This document shows, piece by piece, positions 1-8,655 of a stretch of DNA of 34,722 nucleotides. A model generated the notes under the pieces. It did no database searches and was not told the DNA's origin. It was given only the letters and a program-made list of their open reading frames with translations. Every line of letters begins with the position of its first letter. Within the stretch, counting starts at the first letter, position 1. Origin of the DNA: a virus; the IMG/VR virus record IMGVR_UViG_3300028025_000010, positions 1 through 34,722 of that record; one strand, 5' to 3'. The translations under genes were made by a program, and so were the position numbers.

Positions 1-120
1 TGGAATGGGGTACAGAGCAAGAGCCATTCGCTAGGATGGCATACGAGGCTCATACAGGCACTTTCGTAAAGGAGGAGGGGTTCGTAGACCATCCCACGAT
101 AGAAGGCTTTGGATGCTCTC
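1..120. repeat. 120-bp terminal direct repeat, identical to 34603..34722. It is either an assembly overlap or terminal redundancy, so the genome is circular or circularly permuted with 34,602 bp unique.
   Basis: Bases 1-120 (tggaatggggtacagagcaagagcc...ggctttggatgctctc) recur base-for-base at 34603-34722. Confidence 0.95.
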
Positions 121-437
121 CTGATGGCATTGTAGGGGAAGGTCTCATTGAGATAAAAGCGCCCAACACAGCTAACCATATCGAGACAGTCTTGGAGAAC
201 AAAGTTCCAAGTAAATATATCCCACAGATGCAATGCCAAATGGCTTGTACAGGCGCGAAATGGTGCGACTTTGTATCATTCGATCCTAGAGTGCCAGAGG
301 ACTTGCAACTGTTTGTAGTGCGTGTCGAGAGGGATCAGGAGTATATCGATGCGATGGAAGTAGAAGTAAAGCAGTTTTTAAGCGAGGTCTTAGACCTATT
401 TAACCAACTAAAAGCGAGGCAGTCATGTACGAAATGA
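1..437 (+). CDS. YqaJ-like (lambda-exonuclease fold) recombination exonuclease, C-terminal part. The N-terminal part is at 34422..34722, so the gene wraps the junction (618 nt, 205 aa in total).
   Basis: The frame is continuous with the 34422 ORF through the repeat. The joined protein reads MEQRTEEWFSARLGKVTASR...EWGTEQEPFARMAYE...GCSPDG...EIKAP, the typical YqaJ/PD-(D/E)XK exonuclease pattern. Confidence 0.8.
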   Translation, partial: EWGTEQEPFARMAYEAHTGTFVKEEGFVDHPTIEGFGCSPDGIVGEGLIEIKAPNTANHIETVLENKVPSKYIPQMQCQMACTGAKWCDFVSFDPRVPEDLQLFVVRVERDQEYIDAMEVEVKQFLSEVLDLFNQLKARQSCTK

Positions 438-676
438 AAGATGGTAGTTTTAGCCTATTTAAGAACGACAAAAAGCTCACAGAAAAACACCCTGATTACA
501 AGGGGTCGATTAAAATTAACGGAGTCGAGCATTGGTTTGATGCCTGGCTAAAAGAAGGCAAGAAGGGGAAGTTCTTATCGGGTCGTATTGGTGATCCGAA
601 ACAGAAAGGCTTTACTCCCAAGGGCGATGATGAGATGCCTAAGAGTAGCGGTATTGAAGATGACATTCCCTTTTAG
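425..676 (+). CDS. Small SSB-like protein: a DUF736-like body with a canonical SSB C-terminal tip (..EDDIPF). The likely true start is ATG 434.
   Basis: ATG 434 overlaps the exonuclease stop as ATGA. KHPDYKGSIKINGVEHWFDAWLKEGKKGKFLSGRIGDP resembles the DUF736 pattern as I recall it. The last residues are IEDDIPF. Confidence 0.5.
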   Translation: MYEMKDGSFSLFKNDKKLTEKHPDYKGSIKINGVEHWFDAWLKEGKKGKFLSGRIGDPKQKGFTPKGDDEMPKSSGIEDDIPF

Positions 677-685
677 GAGAAAACC

Positions 686-823
686 ATGAAAAAGATTGCT
701 ATAGGAGTAGTAACTTATATGTTACTAATGAGTAGTGCTTATGCTTGCCAAACCACCACTATAATTGTGAATGGTAAGGTAACTATTTGTACTGTTTGTG
801 GTACTGTAGTTAGCTGTATGTAA
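686..823 (+). CDS. 45-aa secreted or lipoprotein-like Cys-rich micro-protein (below the ORF-track length cut-off).
   Basis: AGGAGA lies 6 nt upstream of ATG 686. The product is MKKIAIGVVTYMLLMSSAYA/CQTTTIIVNGKVTICTVCGTVVSCM: a signal peptide ending AYA-C and a 25-aa mature part with 4 Cys. Confidence 0.5.
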   Translation: MKKIAIGVVTYMLLMSSAYACQTTTIIVNGKVTICTVCGTVVSCM

Positions 824-903
824 CCCCCGATGAGATCGGCATTAGTAGCGCAATGCTACACCCTTTCAAGGAGTGCCACCCCCCTTCCGATCAGGGTGGC
901 TTT

Positions 904-1323
904 ATGACTTTCCAAACAGACCTACAGAGGGGTTTGGAGATAGAGGAAAGGGTCTTGGCTATCCTACGCAAAAAATACCCTTGTGCGACCCTTGTAAACG
1001 CTTTTAAAGGGTACGATATATGGATACCAGAGATAGATAAGGCTGTTGAGGTGAAGTTTGACCCGATGAGCCAAAGAACAGGCAATATTGTGGTCGAGAT
1101 AGAGATGTATGGGAAAGACTCAGGGCTAATGGCTACCCAAGCTGATTACTGGGTATTTTATGATGGACAGATGTTTGTCATCATGCCGGTCAAGCACATA
1201 TTTAAGTGCATCTTCCTGAGTAAACTACAGTATGTAGAATTTATAGGGGAGGGGGATAGTCAGATCAAAAAGGCTTTCTTAGTAGATAAGAACACCCTAT
1301 TTAAGTACGGAAAGATTCTATGA
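904..1323 (+). CDS. PD-(D/E)XK-fold nuclease-like protein. The ORF is open from 853, but ATG 904 is preferred.
   Basis: YDIWIPEIDKAVEVKFD gives a D...E-x-K arrangement. Positions 853-903 overlap a GC hairpin (875-900), and AGGGTGG precedes ATG 904. Confidence 0.45.
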   Translation: MTFQTDLQRGLEIEERVLAILRKKYPCATLVNAFKGYDIWIPEIDKAVEVKFDPMSQRTGNIVVEIEMYGKDSGLMATQADYWVFYDGQMFVIMPVKHIFKCIFLSKLQYVEFIGEGDSQIKKAFLVDKNTLFKYGKIL

Positions 1324-1791
1324 GAGGTACAAAGCTCTTTCGTCTTTTCGTCTAATAGTAAGTCCTTTTAGTTCCTTACCGCCTGCCTTGTTCCATTTTA
1401 AGAACTCCTCGGCAGCACCCTCAAACTCACCTCGATTGTGTTTCATCCGAAGGGTAGAATTTTGGAGATTACCGAGTCCAACATTGAAGGCGAAAGACAC
1501 AAGTGCGCCAAACCGACCAGTAGTAAGCCCACTAGGACATAATCGTTGTACTCCGCTTTCAAACCGCGCCAAATCTTTAGCAAGAATTTCATCTACTTCT
1601 CCCATCGTTAAGACTCGATCCCATCCGCTAGGGATAGGCAGAGCCTTTCGTTCTGCTAGTAATACTCTAGCATGGTTAGGATCTATGACATGACCGACAC
1701 CAACAGTCCAAAGTAATGCAGGGCATTGGTAAGGCTTTTGCTTAACACCCTCATGGTGTTTAATCATCTCAATGACTTTATGGTCAATCAT
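1318..1791 (-). CDS. Endolysin, GH24 phage lysozyme.
   Basis: HHEGVKQKPYQCPALLWTVGVGH, SFAFNVGLGNLQNSTL and GLTIRRKDERALY are the classic Phage_lysozyme (T4/lambda-type) motifs. Confidence 0.9.
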   Translation of the reverse strand: MIDHKVIEMIKHHEGVKQKPYQCPALLWTVGVGHVIDPNHARVLLAERKALPIPSGWDRVLTMGEVDEILAKDLARFESGVQRLCPSGLTTGRFGALVSFAFNVGLGNLQNSTLRMKHNRGEFEGAAEEFLKWNKAGGKELKGLTIRRKDERALYLS

Positions 1792-2273
1792 TTCTTACTA
1801 AAGGCTTGTGTACCGAACCAGAAGGCAATAATAGAGGCTAGGATCTGCATCTCGTCTGCATCAAACACCATAGGGATAGCTTCTGCAAACGCTACTCCGC
1901 TAGACCATGCCCAAGCAATAGAGGCAATGTCTACGATGATTAATAAGAAAACAAATAGATAGGTAACGACAGGGCGAACAGAGGCTCGTAGGTTAATGAT
2001 CCATTGGCTTGCACCTTTACCGATTTCTATATCGTGTTGGTACATCGCTGTTCGTTCTTGTGCCTGAGTCTGCATCTGTATTTGGTCGGTACGGATCTCC
2101 TCGACCCTAGCCTGTGCAACATAACCTCTTTCTAGCATTTGGAGTTCTCTTTCCGTTTGCATCTTAGCTAACTCTAGTTCATGGGCTTTATCGGACTTGT
2201 CTTGAAAGAAGTCTAAGAGTTTAGGTAGTCCACCCATTAGGAAGGACAAAGCTGTAGAGATGAGTGTAAACAT
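1788..2273 (-). CDS. Holin, resembling the 3-TM holin of gene-transfer-agent type.
   Basis: It has an N-terminal hydrophobic segment followed by LLDFFQDKSDKAHELELAK, a coiled-coil middle and C-terminal TM helices (VVTYLFVFLLIIVDIASIAW, ILASIIAFWFG). Its 3' end overlaps the start of the lysozyme gene by 4 nt. Confidence 0.6.
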   Translation of the reverse strand: MFTLISTALSFLMGGLPKLLDFFQDKSDKAHELELAKMQTERELQMLERGYVAQARVEEIRTDQIQMQTQAQERTAMYQHDIEIGKGASQWIINLRASVRPVVTYLFVFLLIIVDIASIAWAWSSGVAFAEAIPMVFDADEMQILASIIAFWFGTQAFSKK

Positions 2274-2276
2274 TAT

Positions 2277-2729
2277 TTACCCTTTATGACCCCAAGTAAG
2301 ATACCAGGCAACGATTGCAGCCAACGCATAGCACATATACATAACTCTACGCACTTCTGCCAAATCTTTTCTAAATTCATTTTCAATTTCTTTCTCCTGT
2401 TTTTCAATCTTGAGTTTGATGTTTTCTACTTCTGACCATCTCTTTTGACCATGATGTTTCACAAAGTCTTTCTTGACCTGTTCTTCTTTTATTCTGATTT
2501 CTTCTTGTTTTTGCCATTGGATCATGGCTCGTTTGAAATACTGCTCTTTTACTACTTCTACTTCTCTGATCTGCCTTCTGCGTTCTAAGGCTTTTTGTTG
2601 TGCTACCGAGGCTGCTTCTTTTTGGACATCCTCAATAGATGATCCGATAGCCTTGCCTGCTTCTTTGCCTGTCTTTACGCTTTCGCTAAATGACTTTGCA
2701 CCCTCTAAAAATCCAAATTGATCGGACAT
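2277..2729 (-). CDS. Tail-anchored coiled-coil membrane protein in the lysis cassette; function unknown.
   Basis: A K/E/Q-rich helical body is followed by a single C-terminal TM segment (VMYMCYALAAIVAWYLTW). Confidence 0.4.
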   Translation of the reverse strand: MSDQFGFLEGAKSFSESVKTGKEAGKAIGSSIEDVQKEAASVAQQKALERRRQIREVEVVKEQYFKRAMIQWQKQEEIRIKEEQVKKDFVKHHGQKRWSEVENIKLKIEKQEKEIENEFRKDLAEVRRVMYMCYALAAIVAWYLTWGHKG

Positions 2730-2740
2730 AGTTCATAGGC

Positions 2741-2908
2741 TTAATTTAATTTCAAGACAAGAGAAAGTAGAATAGCAATAATAAAAGCTGCCGAACCTAT
2801 TAGGATCTGTTCTAAGCGTTTTAGCCTAGCGTTGATCCCTGTGTAACGTTCAGCACAGACAGCCTCGTGAGCAGACAAGGCTGCCTCGTTTTTATCTATT
2901 GTTGTCAT
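2741..2908 (-). CDS. 55-aa tail-anchored membrane protein (not in the ORF track).
   Basis: ATG 2908 overlaps the upstream TAA by 1 nt (TAATG). The product is MTTIDKNEAALSAHEAVCAERYTGINARLKRLEQILIGSAAFIIAILLSLVLKLN, with a C-terminal TM segment. Confidence 0.5.
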   Translation of the reverse strand: MTTIDKNEAALSAHEAVCAERYTGINARLKRLEQILIGSAAFIIAILLSLVLKLN

Positions 2909-3450
2909 TATCTATCCGATGGAAAAGACATATCCAAAGCAATCAATTGCTCTACAGTCGTAACCGCAGAGATGGTTGTCTCCAACTCTGTAGCCTTGGT
3001 GACTACGCTTGCACGATAAGTAGCAACAGCAGTAGGAATATCTACATTGCGTTCTGCTTTACGGATTACCATCCAATCAGTCTGAGCAAGAATAGTTCCA
3101 GCAGTAGTCTTTACTTGAGAGATAAAGTTAGACTTTAATCCTTTGGTTACTAATCTCTCTGTGCTATCGACCATTGCTGGTTTGCCATCTACTGTGCCTA
3201 ATACTTTGACATACATAGGATTACCATCTTGGTCTACTTCTAATTTATCCTCTAGTGCTTTAGGATTGTTGATGTTGCCATCCCAATAGAACCTATCATC
3301 AGCACGAACAGCATCCGCTTCCCATGTCATACCGATAGCAGACTTATCTTCTTCCGATGCCAAGCGAATCCAGTTCGCTGGATATTGAATGTCATTGTGT
3401 GTAAAAGGTGTATCCAGTTGGATAGTCTTAGTTCCGAGTTTAAAAGGCAT
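2908..3450 (-). CDS. Tail-fibre assembly chaperone-like protein.
   Basis: It lies immediately downstream of the fibre genes. ILAQTDWMVIRKAERNVDIPTAVATYRASV resembles the tail-assembly-chaperone motif (sDW.v.r..E....w..yR). Confidence 0.4.
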   Translation of the reverse strand: MPFKLGTKTIQLDTPFTHNDIQYPANWIRLASEEDKSAIGMTWEADAVRADDRFYWDGNINNPKALEDKLEVDQDGNPMYVKVLGTVDGKPAMVDSTERLVTKGLKSNFISQVKTTAGTILAQTDWMVIRKAERNVDIPTAVATYRASVVTKATELETTISAVTTVEQLIALDMSFPSDR

Positions 3451-3458
3451 ATTAGTTC

Positions 3459-5936
3459 CTATCGTGCGTTAGCGTATTTAAAGGGGTTTTCGGCAAATGC
3501 CATGTATATGTAATTTCCACCATTATTGTTGTAACCAACATTGGCAGTTCCAGTTCTAATTTTAAATCCGTTGCTTACAAAATCTAATAAATAAGCAGAG
3601 TCAGATGTTTCAGCAGCAGACAAATTAGCCCACAATCTTGTATTCATAGCGTTATAAGTATTGCGAGCAGAATCATATAATAGCCAATCTGCATTACTTT
3701 CTGAAGCAGTTGCTTTTATCATTAAAAATCTAGGTCTAAACCCAGTAAACACAAAAGGACCATCAGCAGAGCCATTACCTGTGTATGAGCCAAATGCAGA
3801 GTATCCAGCGACTTGTGCAAAGCAGTAGGTAACGTAGTTGTTACCCGTCTTGTTCATCTCATCTGCGGCAGAAACCCCTACCGTAAATGTGCTTGAACCG
3901 TATGCTTGGTAGAAGGTAGATGATGTTCCTTTTGCTGCTGTTGATTGCAAAACCAAATAATCATTTATTCCAAAACCAGACATACCTCCAATACCAACAA
4001 CCCAACTTGAAGCATTTGTTCTGCTTTTTGTAATGAGAATGCTAGGAGCAACACCCAAACCATGACCTATGGTTGCGGCATTTGTTGAATTGCCAGCCCA
4101 AGTCACAATCGAAAACCCAGAGGTAGTGTTTGCGCTTACGGTTGAGGTTATGCTACCCGCAGTATTAGTTACGCCAGCACCGTTGGCTTTCCAGTTCCAT
4201 GCTACATAGGTATCCGCACTTGTGTTTAACTGCGCTAATGCACCAACAGTAAAGCCGTCTGAACCAAATGCTGTTAAACCTGTGGTTTCGGTAGTTTCTG
4301 CGGTTGTTGTATTACTTTCTAACTGTTTTTGAACGCCACGAACTGCATCATAAAGTCCATGGTCAGCCGCAGCATTGCGTTCTTTAATCCATGTCCAATC
4401 AGGTTGGAATCCTAGCCCTGTAATAGATTGGCTAGAACCTGTACCTGTGTACAAAGCAATATTCATATTCTTACTAGCTAATGTAGATGCAGTAGCACCA
4501 ATCGTAGGAGTAGGTAAGTTAAATGTGTTTAGTGCTACAAAGCCTGTTGGTGGAGTGTAGGAGAATGGGCGTTGACCGAAGTTAATTGATGGATTTTGTC
4601 CATAAGCCCATAAGTACGGGAATACTGTTCCAGATACTGATGTTACAGTTGGGTTTGTTCCTGCACTTGGATTACCAGTAGTTCCACCAGAAGAGTCATA
4701 CCATGTATTGTTAATACCAAACCAAGCATTTCCAGTGCTTGTATCCACAAAACATTGCAATATTGCTGTTGCTGTTACATTTGTATTATCGGTAATATTG
4801 GTTGTAGTTCCTTGATTAAATATTCTTCTAGCCCTAATTGAAGAATCATTCAATACAATTCCCCAAGAACCTGCTCCACCCCAACTACTTGCGTAAGATG
4901 AGGTTGCAATACCCCATGCGGTTTGGGTTGAGCTTGAGGTAATACTAGATGTCAAAACTGCTTCATAGTAAAACTTACCAGAAGTTAACGCCATACTAGC
5001 TCTTACTGATGCTCCACCACTTGTCGCAGAAGCAGTAAATGTTAGATTTCCGTTTGTAACAGTTGTAGTTGCTGTATTGTAAAAAATATCTAATGGATTT
5101 AATACGCAATAGTTAGCCGCAGTAGCACTTGTCAGCGTAGGCACATCGGTCATGCTGTCATAGGTAGTGCCAGCAGTTAGGCTGATGTTGTTTGTAGCAA
5201 AGTAGTTTGCGTTACCTGAGAAGTCTTTTCCTAATCCCACATTGGATGATGTAGTCAGAGCAGAGTTATCGGTAAATGGTAAATAGAATCCATTAGTGCC
5301 ATATGTTCCTACGAACTTCTTAGGAATCCATACACCTGTGCTTGTAGATGTTTCACCGAATGATGATGGGGTTAATTGCTGACCATCAATAAAATGAGTT
5401 TCAGCCAAATAACCATCAAACCATTGATTATCAGAGTATTCTTCTCTGCCAATTGCATGGGGTACTAAAGCATTTACAGCTATATCTAAGTTTTGGGCTG
5501 GGTAACTTGCCGTTCCAAAAGAAGTTATTTCAACGCCATTAACATAAAATTTAATTCTGTTAGTTGAAGTGGCTTGCGTTGTGTCTACTGCTAGAACAAT
5601 ATGATACCAAGCAGATGGGTCACGATAAACTGGCGTGGTGTTAAGTTGCATTTGTGTAACACTAGCCCAGTTTAAAGCCGCTAATTGGTCATTAGCAAAA
5701 CCAAAATAAAACTGTACAGTTGAGCCATTACTTGCAGCAAACAAACTTTGAAAAGCTGAGCCTAAAGTACCTCGTTTGACCCAGCTACTCCAAGTCCAAG
5801 TTCTACGGTTACCTGAAACTGATGGTGTTCTGCTCAAATAAGCAGAAGCACTAGACCGAAAGCGTAGGGAGTTGGTTAGGAAGTAACCACCTTGACCAGA
5901 TGCACCAGCAAGGATATTAGAACCGATAACTGACAT
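3459..5936 (-). CDS. Large tail fibre / receptor-binding protein with LamG (ConA-like lectin) and SPRY-like domains.
   Basis: LRFRSSASAYLSRTP..RTWTWSSWVKR..WYHIVLAVD..IKFYVNGV is LamG-like. SGKFYYEAVL...AWGIAT is SPRY-like. The GFQPDWTWIKER..HGLYDAVRG and GFRPRFLMIKA..DWLLYDSARN modules are repeated. Confidence 0.65.
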   Translation of the reverse strand: MSVIGSNILAGASGQGGYFLTNSLRFRSSASAYLSRTPSVSGNRRTWTWSSWVKRGTLGSAFQSLFAASNGSTVQFYFGFANDQLAALNWASVTQMQLNTTPVYRDPSAWYHIVLAVDTTQATSTNRIKFYVNGVEITSFGTASYPAQNLDIAVNALVPHAIGREEYSDNQWFDGYLAETHFIDGQQLTPSSFGETSTSTGVWIPKKFVGTYGTNGFYLPFTDNSALTTSSNVGLGKDFSGNANYFATNNISLTAGTTYDSMTDVPTLTSATAANYCVLNPLDIFYNTATTTVTNGNLTFTASATSGGASVRASMALTSGKFYYEAVLTSSITSSSTQTAWGIATSSYASSWGGAGSWGIVLNDSSIRARRIFNQGTTTNITDNTNVTATAILQCFVDTSTGNAWFGINNTWYDSSGGTTGNPSAGTNPTVTSVSGTVFPYLWAYGQNPSINFGQRPFSYTPPTGFVALNTFNLPTPTIGATASTLASKNMNIALYTGTGSSQSITGLGFQPDWTWIKERNAAADHGLYDAVRGVQKQLESNTTTAETTETTGLTAFGSDGFTVGALAQLNTSADTYVAWNWKANGAGVTNTAGSITSTVSANTTSGFSIVTWAGNSTNAATIGHGLGVAPSILITKSRTNASSWVVGIGGMSGFGINDYLVLQSTAAKGTSSTFYQAYGSSTFTVGVSAADEMNKTGNNYVTYCFAQVAGYSAFGSYTGNGSADGPFVFTGFRPRFLMIKATASESNADWLLYDSARNTYNAMNTRLWANLSAAETSDSAYLLDFVSNGFKIRTGTANVGYNNNGGNYIYMAFAENPFKYANAR

Positions 5937-5944
5937 TATTAGCC

Positions 5945-6655
5945 TTAACTGTAGTTAGCTGTAAATACTGCATGGATAGAGGTTGCTGTTCTTACTACAT
6001 AGTCTATTCTATCAACTGCTGCTGCTGTAGTTGAGAGTGTAGGTGCAGTACCACCAGCAAAATCATAGTAAGAACCATAAGCTAGAGTCCTAGAACCTGT
6101 GCCATCCTGAGTAATAAAGAAAGAGCCTGACTGACCAGCAACAATATTGCTTGGGTTTGCTAGTGTGCGATTTCCACCTAAAGTAACAGAGAAGTTATTA
6201 GAATCTGCTAGATCAGGGGTGATTGACGAACCATCTGTAAGCGCAGTAATCTCGCCTCTTTGACCTTTTGTAAAGGTTTGGGCTGTGTCTATTCCTGCGT
6301 AGTCTGTTCCTGCTGTAGCTGTGGTTAGAGCAGATGTGCCAGAACCCTTAATAATGCCTGTTAATGTAGATGCACCTGTACCACCATCTGCTACTGCTAG
6401 ATCGGTAATACCTGTGATAGAGCCACCAGTAATAACGATAGATGTATAAGTAACACCAGTAATCGTGCCACCTGTTATCTTAGGTGCAGTCATGGTATAT
6501 GTGCCATCACGAATACCATCTCCACAGTCTCTGATCTGCGCCATCATATCGCGCATAGTATCGTTTACTGCTGATGGGAGCATCCCCTCTGGAGCACCAT
6601 CTGGAGGTGCTGCTGTGTTATTAGCAGGGGTTAGTGAGTATTTTGTATATGCCAT
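5945..6655 (-). CDS. Tail fibre protein (short, G/T-rich).
   Basis: The N-terminus PDGAPEGMLPSAVNDTMRDMMAQIRD is a recurring phage fibre N-terminal signature. It is followed by ITGGTITG / ITGGSITG repeats. Confidence 0.55.
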   Translation of the reverse strand: MAYTKYSLTPANNTAAPPDGAPEGMLPSAVNDTMRDMMAQIRDCGDGIRDGTYTMTAPKITGGTITGVTYTSIVITGGSITGITDLAVADGGTGASTLTGIIKGSGTSALTTATAGTDYAGIDTAQTFTKGQRGEITALTDGSSITPDLADSNNFSVTLGGNRTLANPSNIVAGQSGSFFITQDGTGSRTLAYGSYYDFAGGTAPTLSTTAAAVDRIDYVVRTATSIHAVFTANYS

Positions 6656-6673
6656 GATATGTCCTTAATTTTA

Positions 6674-8644
6674 CTATTCTGTCTGTTCTTCATCAAACGA
6701 TTTAACAACTTGTTGAAGTTCTGTAAATGCCAAACCTATCTTTTTACGATCTTTGCCAGCTTTTGCTAGTTTTTCCAATGTTTCTACACCATTAGGGCTT
6801 GTAATTGCTTTTGCAATTTTCTCATAATCTCTACCATAAAATATGCCTTGATAAAGATTTCCGATAGCACCAGGTATGTTTCTAAAGCTCTTGCCTAATA
6901 ATCCTAGGGATTCTTCTGCCAACATACCTTTTTCGGCTGTTGGCGAACCAGCAGGGAGTCTGCGACCTTGGGCTTCTAAGACATCTAACATAACATTTAA
7001 GCCTTTTACTGCCTCAGATCCTTTTGTTCCATATACTTCTCTAAATGCAGCTTTGAGGTTTTCTTTTTGCGTGGTATTTTTAACAATGGTATCTGCAAAC
7101 CTAGCACCAACAGTTCCTGCTTGTCTAGATGCAGCCCTTTGTACACCCTCTAGGGATGCTCTCATGTACTGATTTAAAAACTCTTTTGGTAGATTAGGAT
7201 CTTTTTTACCCATAGCTTGCATAGCTCTTGTAACTTTGTCAGGGTTTAAACCAGATTGTGCAGGGTTTGTAGCAAATACATCACCAAACTGTTTAGCAAG
7301 TTCATTTGTTTTAGCTAATGCTGGTATTGGAGACTCAATAATAGGAGCTTCAAACTTTTCTCTAGTTGCCTGATATTGTTCTCTAGCTGGCTTATAAGCA
7401 TTAATTTGATCGTCTGCTTTTTGCAACAACTTTCTACGCGCATCGTCATAGGCTTTCATTTCACCTGTAACTTTGCCTTGTGCTTGAGCAGCTAAATTAC
7501 TATATTTATCAGACAAAAACTGTCTCATAGCCTCAATTCGAGCAATAGAGTTTGTCTCATAACCTTTTAATAGGTCTTGGTAAGCAGGAATATTATCTAC
7601 AGCTTTAGATGCCTCTGCAATAACAGCAGATTCGTTCTCAAGATTTTTCATCCAAGACTGAGGTATTTTCTTTTCTTTAATAGCCTCAAACGCTGGAGAT
7701 GCTTCTTCTGTAATTTGTTTTTGAACAGCCCTTTGTTCTGCTAAAGCTGCTTGTTGAACATCAGTTCCCATTCTTTGTCTTGTTGTCATTGGGAATGTTT
7801 GCTCAAGAGTTTCTTGAGTTTGCCGACCTCTTGTTCCCATAAACTCAGCCATGGTTGGAGCAGATCTTGGAGTGCCTTCTACCTGTCTTTGGATAGATGG
7901 TAATGTAGTTCTACCTTGTGCTGCCTGTTGCATAGCTTCAAAAGAAGTTACTGGCATACCCATTTTGAAAGATTGTTGCTGTAATCTTTGTGCTGCCTCT
8001 ATTTCTTGCGGAGTCATGCGTTTTGTAGACTCTGCATACATTCTTTCTAAAGGAGAGCGCATTACCGATGGAGCAGATACTAATGGTGCAGCTACACCTC
8101 CTACCATACGAGCATAAGGCTCTAGGTCTGTTCCTCTAAATGGAAAGGCTAATGATTCCTCTCCACCAGCAGATAATAGTGATGGCAATACAGCACCAGG
8201 AACAGGAGCAGACACTACATTTCGTACTGCTGTCTGTGCTAATTGACCAGGAAAGCTCTCAGCCCTCTGCATAGGGATATATTCACCAACAGCCTTTTGC
8301 ATTTGTACTGGTGTAGGTAATGTAGCAATTGGTCTACCTACTCTTGTTTGCTCTGGAGTTCTTCCCATTAATGCTTGGGAAATCTTTTCTGCACCTAACT
8401 GTAGTCCTTCTTGTATAAGCGCTGGCAAACCTAAAACACCTGTAACACCTTGCACAATAGGCAAATTGATCTTTGCCATTGCTGTTTCTACATCGCCTCT
8501 TTCTGCAAAAGGTTTTATCTTTGTGTCTCTTGCTGGCAGACCTTCTGCTGATAATCTTTTGTCTATGTCTGATAAAGATGTAGTAATATCAAACATAGCC
8601 TCTGTGCCATCTACTAGCTTTATAATTTTTGCATTTTCAGCCAT
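6674..8644 (-). CDS. Large virion protein, putative internal/ejection protein.
   Basis: 656 aa, A/Q/E/K-rich and helical, located between the tail fibres and other low-complexity virion proteins. I recognised no enzymatic motif. Confidence 0.35.
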   Translation of the reverse strand: MAENAKIIKLVDGTEAMFDITTSLSDIDKRLSAEGLPARDTKIKPFAERGDVETAMAKINLPIVQGVTGVLGLPALIQEGLQLGAEKISQALMGRTPEQTRVGRPIATLPTPVQMQKAVGEYIPMQRAESFPGQLAQTAVRNVVSAPVPGAVLPSLLSAGGEESLAFPFRGTDLEPYARMVGGVAAPLVSAPSVMRSPLERMYAESTKRMTPQEIEAAQRLQQQSFKMGMPVTSFEAMQQAAQGRTTLPSIQRQVEGTPRSAPTMAEFMGTRGRQTQETLEQTFPMTTRQRMGTDVQQAALAEQRAVQKQITEEASPAFEAIKEKKIPQSWMKNLENESAVIAEASKAVDNIPAYQDLLKGYETNSIARIEAMRQFLSDKYSNLAAQAQGKVTGEMKAYDDARRKLLQKADDQINAYKPAREQYQATREKFEAPIIESPIPALAKTNELAKQFGDVFATNPAQSGLNPDKVTRAMQAMGKKDPNLPKEFLNQYMRASLEGVQRAASRQAGTVGARFADTIVKNTTQKENLKAAFREVYGTKGSEAVKGLNVMLDVLEAQGRRLPAGSPTAEKGMLAEESLGLLGKSFRNIPGAIGNLYQGIFYGRDYEKIAKAITSPNGVETLEKLAKAGKDRKKIGLAFTELQQVVKSFDEEQTE

Positions 8645-8655
8645 GTTTGTTCCTA

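Noticed and set aside
853-903. 5' extensions of track ORFs: 853-903, 32286-32378, 33940-34056, 25084-25170, and possibly 425-433.
   Set aside because: The extensions overlap upstream genes, micro-ORFs or a hairpin. Internal starts give ATGA/TGATG coupling or an SD, and the extended N-termini look non-protein-like (for example MERCILGSCGSNPYACTSDVCVCLENRGCIV).
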